Below, in pieces: positions 10,475 to 21,326 of a stretch of 64,000 bases of DNA. The notes beneath the pieces are model-generated. The model was not told the DNA's origin, did no database searches, and worked only from the letters and a program-made list of their open reading frames with translations. Positions within the stretch are counted from its first letter, which is position 1, and each line of letters starts with the position of its first letter. Location: positions 4,896,001 through 4,960,000 of the forward strand of contig CAVWVQ010000003.1 in assembly GCA_963758525.1 (NCBI GenBank), in the 5' to 3' direction. Source of the DNA: an uncultured Phycisphaerales bacterium. GTDB taxonomy: Bacteria > Planctomycetota > Phycisphaerae > Tepidisphaerales > Tepidisphaeraceae. The translations under genes and the position numbers were made by a program.

Positions 10475-13400
10475 ATGGCTATTCGTGTTGCCCTGAATCA
10501 TAAGACCAGCTACCGCTATCCAAAGGACGTGTGGCTTTCGCCGCAGGTGGTCCGCCTGCGGCCGGCCCCGCATTGCCGCACGCCCATCGTGAGTTATTCG
10601 CTCACGGTCAAGCCGGAAGAATATTTCATCAATTGGCAACAGGATCCGTACAGCAACCGGCTGGCGCGGCTGGTGTTTCCAAAAAAGACGCGGGAGTTTT
10701 CCGTCGAGGTGGATCTCGTCGCGGAGCTGACGGTCATCAATCCGTTCGACTTCTTCGTCGAGAAGTCGGCCGACCAATACCCATTCGCGTATGACGCAAC
10801 GCTGTCGCGGGAGCTGGCGCCGTATCTGGAAACGACGCCCGCCGGACCGAAGCTCGCGGCACTGATTGCCAAATATCGCAAAAGCAACGTCACGACGATC
10901 AACTATCTCGTCGAGCTCAATCAGAGTCTGAGCAATGATGTGAAATACCTGATCCGGCTGGAGCCCGGGATGCAGACTCCGGAGCAGACGCTGACGCTTG
11001 CCAGCGGTTCCTGCCGTGACAGCGCCTGGCTCCTCGTGCAACTGATGCGCCACCTGGGTCTGGCCGCACGATTCGCATCGGGCTATCTGATTCAGCTTGC
11101 GCCGGACGTCAAATCCCTCGAGGGCCCCAGCGGCGCGTCGAAAGACTTCACCGATCTGCACGCCTGGGCTGAAGTCTATCTGCCGGGCGCGGGATGGATC
11201 GGACTGGACGCGACTTCCGGCTTGCTCGCCGGCGAGGGGCACATTCCGCTGGCTTGCACTGCGGACCCATTGACCGCGGCCCCCATCACGGGCGCGTTCT
11301 CCGTCAGCGACGTGACCGTCACGAGCATCGATCCGCAGGACGAACTGTCCGGCGGCGGCGAGGCTGTCTTCGGCTTCGAGATGAGCGTCACGCGGATTCA
11401 CGAAGACCCGCGCGTGACCAAGCCGTATACCGAAGAGCAATGGGCGGAGATTGACGCAGTCGGCCAGCAGTTGGATGCCGACATGGCACGCGGCGACGTG
11501 CGCTTGACGACGGGGGGCGAGCCGACATTTGTGTCGGTCGACAACATGGACCTCCCCGAATGGAACAGCCTGGCGCTGGGGCCGATGAAGTATCGGCGCG
11601 CCGATGAGTTGCTCCGCCGATTGCGCGATCGCTTTGCGCCCGGCGGATTGCTCCATCACGGGCAGGGCAAGTGGTATCCCGGCGAGTCATTGCCGCGATG
11701 GGCGTTTGGGCTGTATTGGCGCAGGGATGGGGAGCCGATCTGGACAAACCCGGCTCTTGTGGCAGACGAGACCAAGCCCGTTCGCTTTGCCGAAGACGCT
11801 CCGCACGGCTTTGTCACGCGCCTCGCAGAGCGGCTTGGCGTCGAGCCTCGCTTCGCCGTGGCCGGATATGAAGATGTCTGGTATTACCTCTGGAAAGAGC
11901 GCCGGTTGCCGGTCAACGTCGATCCGTTTGACAACAAGCTCGATAATCCCGAAGACCGCGCTCGGTTGGCAAAGGTCTTCGAGCAGGGGCTCGACAAGAT
12001 CGTCGGCTACGCGCTGCCGTTGCGGCGCGATCACTTCGTCGATGGCTCCGGTGTCTGGGTGAGCGGCGACTGGTTCTACCGCCCGGAGCGCATGTATCTG
12101 GTGCCTGGCGATTCACCGATGGGGTATCGCCTTCCGCTCGATTCGCTGCCGTGGGTGGTGAAGACGGATTATCCGTTCGTGCATGAGATGGATCCGTTCG
12201 CGCCGCGCGAGGGTCTGCCGCAGCGCGCCGTTTTGCTGGGCCAGCGGTTTGTAGCCGGCGGTCAGTCGCCGCGAAATCCGCAGGGTTTTGTAGAGCAATC
12301 GCCCGGTGCGCCGGGAACACCGACCACAGGCAAGCTCGGGCCGCGCAAACCTCTGGGCCCGCCCGACCCGCGATACTCGGCTGGTCCGCACGAAGGGCCG
12401 CCGGAGCACCTGGAATCGGCGCCATGGATCGTGCGCACCGCGTTGTGTGTGGAAGTACGCAACGGCACGATGCGCGTCTTCATGCCGCCGCAGCGTTTTC
12501 TCGAAGACTATCTCGAACTGATTGCGACCATCGAAGAAACCGCCGCGGATTTGAAGATTCCCGTTCTCATCGAGGGATACACGCCGCCGTATGACCCGCG
12601 TCTGCATACTTTGAAAGTCACGCCCGATCCCGGCGTCATTGAAGTCAACACCGACCCGGTCGGCACCTGGGACGAGCTGGTCGAAAATACCAACGCCATC
12701 TATGAAGAGGCTCGTCTCACTCGTCTGGGCGCCGAGAAGTTCATGGTGGACGGCCGGCATACCGGAACCGGCGGCGGAAATCACATCGTTGTCGGCGCCG
12801 CCACCCCGGCCGACTCACCATTCCTGCGACGGCCTGATCTGCTCAAGAGTCTGCTGGGATACTGGAACAATCACCCGGCACTGTCTTACCTGTTCAGCGG
12901 GCTGTTCATCGGCCCCACCAGCCAGGCTCCGCGCGTCGATGAGGCGCGCGCGGACCAGGTTGCCGAGCTTGAAGTCGCGTTTTCGCAGGTGCCGCAGCAC
13001 GGCGCGACGGCCCCCTGGCTGGTCGACCGCATCTTTCGCAACCTCCTGATCGACACCACCGGCAACACCCATCGCGCCGAATTCTGCATCGATAAGCTCT
13101 ACAACCCCGACTCTGCGACCGGCCGGCTCGGTCTGCTCGAACTGCGCGCTTTTGAGATGATGCCGCATCCGCGCATGAACCTGGTGCAGCATCTGCTGCT
13201 CCGGTCTCTGATCGCGCGCTTCTGGCGCGAGCCGTATGAGCAGCAACTGGTTCGGTGGGGCACGCAGATTCACGACCGCTTCATGCTGCCGCATTTTGTT
13301 CGCCAGGATCTTGAAGACATCATCATCGAGCAAAACGCCGCGGGCATTCCGATGAGCCTCGAATGGTTCGAGCCTCACCTGGAATTCCGCTTCCCGCACT

Positions 13401-13930
13401 GGGGCCAGATCGAACATCGCGGCGTTGTGATGGAGCTGCGCCAGGCGATCGAGCCGTGGCATGTCCTGGGCGAAGAGGGAAGCGCCGGCGGCACGGTTCG
13501 TTTTGTCGATTCCTCGCTCGAGCGCCTGCAGGTGCTGGTCAACGGGATGATCGACTCGCGTCACGTGATTACCTGCAACGGGGTGAAGGTGCCGCTGCAC
13601 CCGACGGGAACGAACGGCCAAGCCGTCGCCGGCGTCAGATTCCGCGCCTGGCAGCCCGCGCACTGCCTGCAGCCGACCATCGGCGTGCATAGCCCGCTGG
13701 TTTTCGATATCGTTGACACCTGGGCGCAGCGCTCCATCGGCGGATGCACGTATCACGTCATGCACCCTGGCGGGCGAAGCTACGAGAACTTCCCGGTCAA
13801 TTCGTATGAAGCCGAGGGAAGGCGCATCGCGCGATTCTTCAAGTTCGGCCACACGCCCGGACCGATGCGCATCGTCGAACTGCCCGTCACGCGCGAGATG
13901 CCGCTTACGCTGGACCTGCGGCGAGAGTGA
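10475..13930 (+). CDS. Transglutaminase-like protein fused to DUF2126 putative amidoligase domain
   Basis: GSCRDSAWL, DLHAWAEVYLPGAGWIGLD, GGEPTF, TPDPGVIEVN, GTGGGNH. Confidence 0.9.
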   Translation: MAIRVALNHKTSYRYPKDVWLSPQVVRLRPAPHCRTPIVSYSLTVKPEEYFINWQQDPYSNRLARLVFPKKTREFSVEVDLVAELTVINPFDFFVEKSADQYPFAYDATLSRELAPYLETTPAGPKLAALIAKYRKSNVTTINYLVELNQSLSNDVKYLIRLEPGMQTPEQTLTLASGSCRDSAWLLVQLMRHLGLAARFASGYLIQLAPDVKSLEGPSGASKDFTDLHAWAEVYLPGAGWIGLDATSGLLAGEGHIPLACTADPLTAAPITGAFSVSDVTVTSIDPQDELSGGGEAVFGFEMSVTRIHEDPRVTKPYTEEQWAEIDAVGQQLDADMARGDVRLTTGGEPTFVSVDNMDLPEWNSLALGPMKYRRADELLRRLRDRFAPGGLLHHGQGKWYPGESLPRWAFGLYWRRDGEPIWTNPALVADETKPVRFAEDAPHGFVTRLAERLGVEPRFAVAGYEDVWYYLWKERRLPVNVDPFDNKLDNPEDRARLAKVFEQGLDKIVGYALPLRRDHFVDGSGVWVSGDWFYRPERMYLVPGDSPMGYRLPLDSLPWVVKTDYPFVHEMDPFAPREGLPQRAVLLGQRFVAGGQSPRNPQGFVEQSPGAPGTPTTGKLGPRKPLGPPDPRYSAGPHEGPPEHLESAPWIVRTALCVEVRNGTMRVFMPPQRFLEDYLELIATIEETAADLKIPVLIEGYTPPYDPRLHTLKVTPDPGVIEVNTDPVGTWDELVENTNAIYEEARLTRLGAEKFMVDGRHTGTGGGNHIVVGAATPADSPFLRRPDLLKSLLGYWNNHPALSYLFSGLFIGPTSQAPRVDEARADQVAELEVAFSQVPQHGATAPWLVDRIFRNLLIDTTGNTHRAEFCIDKLYNPDSATGRLGLLELRAFEMMPHPRMNLVQHLLLRSLIARFWREPYEQQLVRWGTQIHDRFMLPHFVRQDLEDIIIEQNAAGIPMSLEWFEPHLEFRFPHWGQIEHRGVVMELRQAIEPWHVLGEEGSAGGTVRFVDSSLERLQVLVNGMIDSRHVITCNGVKVPLHPTGTNGQAVAGVRFRAWQPAHCLQPTIGVHSPLVFDIVDTWAQRSIGGCTYHVMHPGGRSYENFPVNSYEAEGRRIARFFKFGHTPGPMRIVELPVTREMPLTLDLRRE

Positions 13931-14125
13931 AGAACGCCGCGCGGAGCCGGGTTGCTCGCCTCCGCGGTCACGCGCGAAACTTTTCCCCTCCCCTGGAACT
14001 CCGGTGGAGGGTTAGGGTGCGGGCCGGATCGGGAGTCGCCGCTGCATGCGCTTCGTGGATACTATGATGATGGGCACTCGCGGAAGCCGAACCTGTGAAA
14101 CTCCGCCAGGCATCGATTGCGGCAA

Positions 14126-16656
14126 ATGACCACTTCGTCTGCTTCCAATTCCGTGGCCCATACGCGCGGCTTTGCCGACGAATATGCGTCGTTCTCCCCG
14201 GTCTGCGATGAGATGATCGAGAACGACGGCGCCCTGCGACCGCACTGGGGGATGATGGTCAGCATGCTCGACGACCTGGGCGCGAGGAGTTGATGCGCCG
14301 CTGGGAGCAGGCTCGCCGGCTGATCCGCGAAAACGGAATCACGCATAATGTTTACGGCGATCCGAAAGGCCAGGACCGGCCGTGGAGCCTCGACTTGGTT
14401 CCGCTGCTGCTCGCAGCCGACGAGTGGAGGCGCGTCGGTGACGCGCTCGTCCAGCGCGCCCGCCTTCTGGACCTGTTGCTGGCCGATCTCTATGGCCCGT
14501 TGACCTGCGTCGCCGAGGGGCTTCTTCCCCCCGAACTCATCTACGCCAACCCCGGATTTCTTCGCCCCTGCCACGGCATCACGCCGCCGCGCGGGCAATG
14601 GCTCCACCTTTACGGCGCCGATCTGATCCGCTGCGCCGACGGCCGGTTGCGCGTCTTCACCGATCGCACGCAGGCGCCCTCCGGCGCGGGCTACACGCTG
14701 GAAAACCGCATCGTGCTGTCGCGCGTGCTTCCCAATGTCTTTCGCCAATGCAACGTTCTGCGGCTGGCGCCGTTTTTCATCGCCCTGCGACGCACGCTGG
14801 CATCGCTCGCCCCGGCCAACCGCGAAAATCCGCGCGTGGTGCTCCTGACGCCCGGGCCGTACAACGAAACCTACTTTGAGCACGTCTATCTCGCCCGTTA
14901 CCTCGGCTACGCCCTGGTGCAGGGGAACGATCTGACCGTGCGCGACGGTCTGGTCTATCTCAAAACGCTCGGCGGTCTGCAGCGGATCGACGTGATTCTC
15001 CGCCGGGTCGATGACGATTTCTGCGATCCGCTCGAGCTTTACTCGCGATCGTTCCTTGGGGTTCCCGGTCTCATCGAGGCGGTGCGCGAGGGGCACGTCG
15101 CGATTGCCAACGCGCTGGGGAGCGGCGTTTTGCGCGCTCCGGTCTTCCTCCCGTTTCTTCCCGGCATCTGCAAGCACCTGCTCGGCGAAGAACTGCTGAT
15201 ACCGTCCGTGGAAACCTGGTGGTGCGGCGATCCGAACTCGCTGCAATATGTTCTGGACAATCTCCCGCGGCTGGTCATCAAGCCTGCCTACCCCAGCCAT
15301 AAGATGGACCTGCTCTTTGGCGAGGAGTTGTCCAAAGCCGCGCGCTTGGAGCTGGCTGACAAGATCAAAGCATGTCCGGGCGATTACATCGCGCAGGAAC
15401 ACATCGTTTCGTATACGACGCCGGTCCTGCAAAACCAGCAGATTCAGTCGCGCCGCTACGTGCTCCGCGCCTATCTCACGGCCGACAATGGTTCCTACGC
15501 GGTAATGCCCGGCGGCCTGACCCGCGTCACCGGATCGGACACCAGTCAGGTTGTTTCGCTGCAGCAGGGGGGCGGCACCAAAGACACGTGGATTCTCGCG
15601 GATCGCCCGGTCAGTGAGATCAGCCTTCTCACTCCTGCGTGGCAGCCCCTGGAAATCAGCCGCGATGACGCGGCGCTTCCCAGCCGCGTGGCGGACGATC
15701 TCTTCTGGCTTGGTCGCTACGTCGGGCGCGCCGAGGCGACCGTTCGCGCCGCCCGGTGCGTTTTCGGCCGAATTCTCGAGCAAAGCGATGAAGAAACCTC
15801 GCGCACGATTGCCGTCCTGGCGCGCCTGCTTCTGGGAACCGCCACGCCGCCGCTGGGCCCGGGCATCGAGCAGGCGCTGGCGCACGAGCTGTTTGACCCC
15901 AACGGCCCCGGACGCCTGCGGGTCACCATCAGCGACGTTCACCAGCTTGCCCGCGTTCTGCGCGACCGCATTTCCGCCGACGCGTGGCGCATTTTGCAAA
16001 ACATCGAACGCGACATGTCCGAGTCCGCGCCGGACACCGATCAGATTGCCGGGGCGCTGGAACTGCTCAATAAACTCGCCGCCGGTTTGCTTGCCTTCGG
16101 CGGCGTCGTCGCGGAGTCGATGACGCGCGGGCAGGCGTGGAGCTTCCTCGACATCGGTCAGCGCCTCGAGCGCGGCGTCTCCACCGCGCGTTTGCTCCGC
16201 GGCGTCCTGATTGACGTGTGGCCCGAAGAAAACGCACTGCTCGAAAGCGTTCTCGAGATCGCTGACAGTTCACTGACCTACCGGCGTCGCTATCTCACGC
16301 GAATGGAAGCCGCCGCCGCGGTCGATCTTCTGCTGGCTGACGAGACCAACCCGCGATCGATTGCATTTCAGGTGCAGGTGATCGAGGAACATCTCGGCAA
16401 GCTGCCCCGCGATTCGAACGACCCCAAGCGAAACCGCGATCGGCAGATCGCGCTCAAGCTGCGCACCATGCTGAAGCTGGCCGATATACCGGCCGCCTGT
16501 GAAAACATCAGCGGTCGTCGGCCCGGACTCGATAAAATCCTCGCCGAGACATTTGCCGACATGGCGTCCATCTCGCAGATCGTCAGTCAAACGTATTTCT
16601 CCCATGCCGCGGTGGCGCCGACGCTGTTGAGCGTCGGCCGGGAGCTGGGATCATGA
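14126..16656 (+). CDS. Circularly permuted type 2 ATP-grasp protein fused to alpha-E domain; probable frameshift near 14283
   Basis: N-terminal DEM...LRPHW in another frame; APSGAGYTLENR, RRVDDDFCDPLEL, PGGLTRV, KDTW, LFWLGRY, NPRSIAFQ. Confidence 0.9.
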
Positions 16657-17549
16657 AATATCGCGTCACGCACACCACCGACTATCACTACGGCGAATCC
16701 GTCCCGCTCTCCCACAATCTCGTGCATCTGCGGCCGCGCGACACCAACCGGCAGATCTGTCACGTCAACAACATTGCGATCACGCCCGGCCCGGCGCTCC
16801 GCCGCGATCGCATCGACTTCTTCGGCAATCACATGAGCTGGTTCAGCGTGCAGGAGCCGCACGATGGCTTGCGCGTCGAGTCTCGCAGCGAGGTCGACGT
16901 CAGCGCGTTCGAGCAGCCGCTGCAGCTTCGCGCGATGGAATGGGAGCAGGCCGCCACCCTTCTGACCACGCGCCGCGACCCCGCCACGCTCGATGCCCGG
17001 CAGTTCACCTTTGACTCCGCCTACATCCCGCGCTCCAAGGAGCTCGCCGATTACGCGCGCCCCAGCTTTGGCAGCGGGCGATCGCTGCACGACGCCGTTC
17101 TCGAGCTTACCCAACGCATCTACCAGGAATTCAAGTTCCAGGCCGGCGCCACCACTGTCGGCACGCCGATCCTCGACGTGCTCCGCGATCGGCACGGCGT
17201 CTGCCAGGACTTCGCCCATCTCCAGATCGGCTGCCTTCGCTCGCTCGGGCTGGCCGCGCGTTACGTCAGCGGCTACCTCCTGACGCACCCCCCGGCCGGC
17301 GGCAGGCGCCTCGCCGGCGTCGACGCTTCCCACGCCTGGGTCTCCGTCTACTTCCCCGATTTCGGCTGGCTCGACCTCGATCCCACCAACGGCGTCATTC
17401 CCTCCCTCGAGCACGTCACCGTTGGCTGGGCCCGCGATTACGACGACATCAGCCCCGTGAAGGGCGTGATCGTCGGCGCCCGCACGCACGATCTGGATGT
17501 GTCGGTGACCGTGACTCCGCTCACGCTGCCGGGTGCCGCGGCGAATTGA
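16653..17549 (+). CDS. Transglutaminase family protein
   Basis: GVCQDFAH, ARYVSGY, SHAWVS, DPTN catalytic motifs; ATGA overlap with the upstream gene. Confidence 0.9.
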   Translation: MKYRVTHTTDYHYGESVPLSHNLVHLRPRDTNRQICHVNNIAITPGPALRRDRIDFFGNHMSWFSVQEPHDGLRVESRSEVDVSAFEQPLQLRAMEWEQAATLLTTRRDPATLDARQFTFDSAYIPRSKELADYARPSFGSGRSLHDAVLELTQRIYQEFKFQAGATTVGTPILDVLRDRHGVCQDFAHLQIGCLRSLGLAARYVSGYLLTHPPAGGRRLAGVDASHAWVSVYFPDFGWLDLDPTNGVIPSLEHVTVGWARDYDDISPVKGVIVGARTHDLDVSVTVTPLTLPGAAAN

Positions 17550-17612
17550 ATCTTTGTCGTCGGTGCATGTGCGACGGCGCGCCGCTCAGTGCGCGGCATC
17601 GTTTCTGCATCC

Positions 17613-18076
17613 TCAATCCCGCTGATCCCGCACGTACTTCACCGAAGACTCAAAGTAATCTCGCTTCCACAGATACTTGCAACTGCCGCCCACTGCCCAC
17701 CACGGCCGGCCGCCGTATTTTTCGTTCAGCGCCCTGCTCGCGGCCGCCTTGATCGCCTCCCGAAGTTCTTCCGGATCCTTCGCGGCCGTCACCACAACAT
17801 GGACATGATCGCTTTGCGCAGCGACGGCGTGGATCTTCCATCGGAATTGCATGGCAACGTCGAGATTTGCCCGCTCGGTCAATTTCCGCTGCGCATCGTT
17901 GAGCCGTATTGAAGGAAACGCAGCCTGCTCCCTCATCCATCGCTCCAGGTCGGGATCCGTTGCGCAAGCGGGGCACCGTACTCGTTCCGATTCCGGTCGA
18001 CGTGGGGTCGTCGGGACCCGGGAGGGCGCGCCAGATAAACCCCAAACGTGATGTGAAACCCCTGGGGACAGACCAC
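17613..18076 (-). mobile_element. REP-associated tyrosine transposase (RAYT, Y1 HUH), probable frameshift near 17960
   Basis: N-terminal FHITFGVY..RPPG, HUH motif DHVHVVV, PWW..G, C-terminal KYVRDQ catalytic Tyr; start codon uncertain. Confidence 0.7.
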
Positions 18077-18124
18077 GATTTGAGCGTAACAAAGCTCTTG
18101 GCGCGCGTAAACTTCCCAACGCGG

Positions 18125-18329
18125 CGCAAGGAGTCCGGCGACGAGTCGCTCGGCTCCGCGCTGCCGCGACTCTGACGCCCCGGCGATCAACACAGCGTTT
18201 CCACAAGTTGACAGCTCCCGTGAACTTCGGAACTGCGCTACTCTGAGCGTATATGCAGTGCGATTACTCATCGGGGCGTGCGAGTCGCGCCAGCGCGGAG
18301 CCGAGCGACTTGTCGCCGGACTCCTTGCG
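18125..18329. repeat. ~58-bp imperfect inverted repeat pair upstream of the RAYT
   Basis: CGCAAGGAGTCCGGCGACGAGTCGCTCGGCTCCGCGCTG... at 18125 and its reverse complement ending at 18329. Confidence 0.8.
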
Positions 18330-18406
18330 CTCTCCGCCCCCATTGCTCCAGCAAGGGACGAAAATCCCCCTTCCCCCGCACTTCCCCTTGCGACTACAAG
18401 TATCCC

Positions 18407-19597
18407 ATGGCGCTGAGTGCAATAGTCTTCGACGTCGACGGCACCCTGATCGACACAAACCAGGCCCACGTTGAAGCCTGGATCAAGGCACTGAAGAAAC
18501 ACGGGTACGTGGTTGCCGCCGACCGAATTGCTGTCGAGGTTGGAAAGGGCGGAGACAAGCTCGTGCCGTCGGTCCTTGGCGAGGAAATCGAGCGCCGCGA
18601 CGGCAAGTCGCTTCGTGCGGCGCACACTGCCGAATTCACCAAGATCGCTGAATCAACGACCCTCAAGCCGTTTCCCGGCGTCGAGCCGCTTCTGGCGCAT
18701 CTTCGGCGGCGCGAACTGAAACTCGCCATCGCGACGTCGAGCAGCAAACAAGAACTGCACACGACCTGGCGCAGCGCTTGCGTCGACTGGTCCGACCGTT
18801 TCGACGTGATTGCGACTTCCGAGGACGCTTCGGAAAGCAAGCCCGCACCCGACATCCTCGCTGCCGCGATCCGGAAGTTGAAGCTGTCGCCGGCTCAATG
18901 CGTAATGATCGGCGACACGCCGTATGACGCCGACACCGCGCGGGACGCGGGCGCGGTCTGTCTTGGCGTAACCTGCGGTGGCATGAACGACGCGAAAACG
19001 CTCCGCGCCGGCGGCATGCGCGCGGTCTACCACAATCCGGCCGATATTGCCGTGCATCTCGATGAAGCTCTGCGCACCGCGTCGCCGGGAGCAGCCGTTC
19101 TCACGCAGGATCGGATCGAAGCGCTGATGCGCGAAGCGTTGGCGGTGGCGCGGGAGGGCCTGGAAAAAGGGGAAGTGCCGATCGGCTGTGTCATCGCGCG
19201 CGGCGACGGCAGCATCATCGCGCGAGGGCACAACGAGCTGAACGCGTCGCAGATCAAAACGGCGCATGCGGAGATGGTCGCGTTCAGCCGGACGGCGGGA
19301 AAAATTCCCGCCGACGCAACGGATCTGATTCTGGTATCGACGCTGGAGCCTTGTGTCATGTGCCTCGGCGCCGCAATGGAAGCGGCCGTCGATACGATTC
19401 TCTACGCCGTGGATGCTCCCGCCGACGGGGGGCGCCAGAGGGTTCGGCCGCCGGCGAGTCCTGAAAGTCAGATGCCGCGAATTCTGGGAAATCTGCTCGC
19501 CGCCGAATCGCGGCGCTTGTTCAAGGAATTTTTGGAAGGCAGTTCTTCCAATGCAGCGCAGAAGGCGTTTGTCCGCCAACTGCTGGCCTCGACTTGA
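18407..19597 (+). CDS. HAD-family phosphatase fused to a zinc-dependent nucleoside deaminase (TadA/CDA-like)
   Basis: FDVDGTL, KPAPD, IGDTPYD, then GEVPIG, AHAE, LEPCVMC in one frame. Confidence 0.85.
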   Translation: MALSAIVFDVDGTLIDTNQAHVEAWIKALKKHGYVVAADRIAVEVGKGGDKLVPSVLGEEIERRDGKSLRAAHTAEFTKIAESTTLKPFPGVEPLLAHLRRRELKLAIATSSSKQELHTTWRSACVDWSDRFDVIATSEDASESKPAPDILAAAIRKLKLSPAQCVMIGDTPYDADTARDAGAVCLGVTCGGMNDAKTLRAGGMRAVYHNPADIAVHLDEALRTASPGAAVLTQDRIEALMREALAVAREGLEKGEVPIGCVIARGDGSIIARGHNELNASQIKTAHAEMVAFSRTAGKIPADATDLILVSTLEPCVMCLGAAMEAAVDTILYAVDAPADGGRQRVRPPASPESQMPRILGNLLAAESRRLFKEFLEGSSSNAAQKAFVRQLLAST

Positions 19598-19813
19598 GAC
19601 ATTACACTTGCGGGAAGTGCAAACATGGCAACGGAAAACCATCGAATTTCCAACTGCACTGAGGAACGCCGATGCCAGAAACCCAATCACCCGACGCGAT
19701 CGCATGTGCGGCACCGGATCGCGCCCGCAAACCCGGGGTTTCTGGCCCGCCTGGGTTCGGGCCTCATCATCGAGAGGTAGCGATGTAGACGCTGAAGTAC
19801 ATTCACTGGGAAG

Positions 19814-21094
19814 ATGGAGATATCTTCCTCGGCTATCTTGGATCAATTTGCAGATCTAGCGATCATCGGCGGCGGGGCGGCGGGGCTGGCGTCGGCGATT
19901 TTTGCCGCGCAAACAGCGCTGCCGGGGCATCGCATCGTCGTGTTGGATGGCGCCCGGACGCTGGGCGCGAAGATCCTGGTGTCCGGCGGCGGCCGCTGCA
20001 ACGTGACGCATAAGCAAGTCGCGCCCGCCGATTTCAACGGGTCGCAAAAGATCATCCGCAACATCCTTGCCGCCTTCGATGCCAAAGCGACGGTCGATTG
20101 GTTTGCATCGCTCGGCGTGGAACTGAAGCTGGAATCCACCGGCAAGCTCTTTCCCGCGGCCAATTCCGCGCGGGCCGTGCTGAACGCGCTGCTCCACCGT
20201 TGCCACGAATTGGCAGTCAGCCTGCAGACTGAAAGTCGCGTGACGCAGATTGTCGCGCCGACAGCCGAAAACGACTTCTTCGTCATCACCCACTCCAAAG
20301 GCACGCTTCAGAGCCGTCGCGCGATCTTCTGCGCCGGCGGCCAATCGCTCCCGCTCACTGGGAGCGACGGGTCGGGCTATCAATTGCTCCGGCAACTGGG
20401 CCATCATGTCACTCCGACTTACGCGGCTTTGGTTCCTTTGGTGCTCGCGCCGCAGATGTTTCACGCCTCGCTTGCCGGCATCGCGCTGGAAGTCGAGCTG
20501 TCCACATTCATCGCCGGCAAACGCGTCGATCATCGCACCGGCAGCTTGCTGTGGACTCACTTCGGGATCAGCGGCCCCGTGGTGATGGACGCTAGCCGCC
20601 ATTGGACCATCGCTCACGAAAGCGGCCTTGCGCCGGTGATGAAATGCAATTTGCTGCCGGGCGAGTCGTTCGAAGAGGTCGAACGCTGGCTGATCGAGTC
20701 AGCCAATGCCCGGCCGAAGGCTTCGATTGCGACGCATGTCGCCACACGACTTCCCGAACGCGTCGCCACGGCGTTGCTGCGAGATTGCGCAATTGATGCG
20801 GGAACAGCCGCCGGACATCTGCCCCGCGAGGCACGAAGACTCCTCGTGCACGCGCTCACCGGCCTCACGCTTCCGATCGTGCGCCATCGCGGGTGGAACT
20901 ACGCGGAAGTCACCGCCGGCGGCGTGCCGCTCGACGAGATCGACTTTCGCACGATGCAATCGCGAAAAGTTCCCGGACTATATCTCGCCGGCGAGGTTCT
21001 GGACTGCGACGGTCGAATCGGCGGCTTCAACTTTCAATGGGCATGGGCCACCGGATACCTCGCCGGCAGAGCCGCAGTCGCGAAATTGCAATGA
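19814..21094 (+). CDS. HI0933/YhiN/BaiN-family flavoprotein oxidoreductase
   Basis: IIGGGAAG, KILVSGGGRCNVT, VTAGGV, GGFNFQWAWATG. Confidence 0.9.
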   Translation: MEISSSAILDQFADLAIIGGGAAGLASAIFAAQTALPGHRIVVLDGARTLGAKILVSGGGRCNVTHKQVAPADFNGSQKIIRNILAAFDAKATVDWFASLGVELKLESTGKLFPAANSARAVLNALLHRCHELAVSLQTESRVTQIVAPTAENDFFVITHSKGTLQSRRAIFCAGGQSLPLTGSDGSGYQLLRQLGHHVTPTYAALVPLVLAPQMFHASLAGIALEVELSTFIAGKRVDHRTGSLLWTHFGISGPVVMDASRHWTIAHESGLAPVMKCNLLPGESFEEVERWLIESANARPKASIATHVATRLPERVATALLRDCAIDAGTAAGHLPREARRLLVHALTGLTLPIVRHRGWNYAEVTAGGVPLDEIDFRTMQSRKVPGLYLAGEVLDCDGRIGGFNFQWAWATGYLAGRAAVAKLQ

Positions 21095-21123
21095 ATGCAA
21101 TCATTTTTTCTGCTCAAGTCCGC

Positions 21124-21152
21124 TTGTAGTGAGGGAAAAGTTGGGTTAAGAT
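21124..21152 (+). promoter_or_regulatory. Putative sigma70 promoter of the rpmJ-rplQ operon
   Basis: TTGTAG-17 bp-TAAGAT upstream of rpmJ. Confidence 0.5.
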
Positions 21153-21197
21153 GCCCCATTCCCCGTCGGGTCCCGGCGGAACGAGAGGATTTAGACC

Positions 21198-21311
21198 ATG
21201 AAGGTGCGCAGCAGCGTCAGGCGGATCTGCGAAAATTGCAAGATCGTCCGCCGAAAGGGAATCGTGCGGGTAATCTGCACGAACACGAAACACAAGCAGA
21301 AACAAGGCTAA
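21198..21311 (+). CDS. rpmJ: 50S ribosomal protein L36 (Zn-ribbon form)
   Basis: Manual translation [37 protein letters not shown]. Confidence 0.95.
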   Translation: MKVRSSVRRICENCKIVRRKGIVRVICTNTKHKQKQG

Positions 21312-21326
21312 TCTGGAGCCCATCCT

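Noticed and set aside
14062..15999. Long antisense ORFs (also 22361-24040, 46539-48194, 10439-11659)
   Set aside because: Shadow frames of well-supported genes in high-GC DNA, with no recognisable motifs
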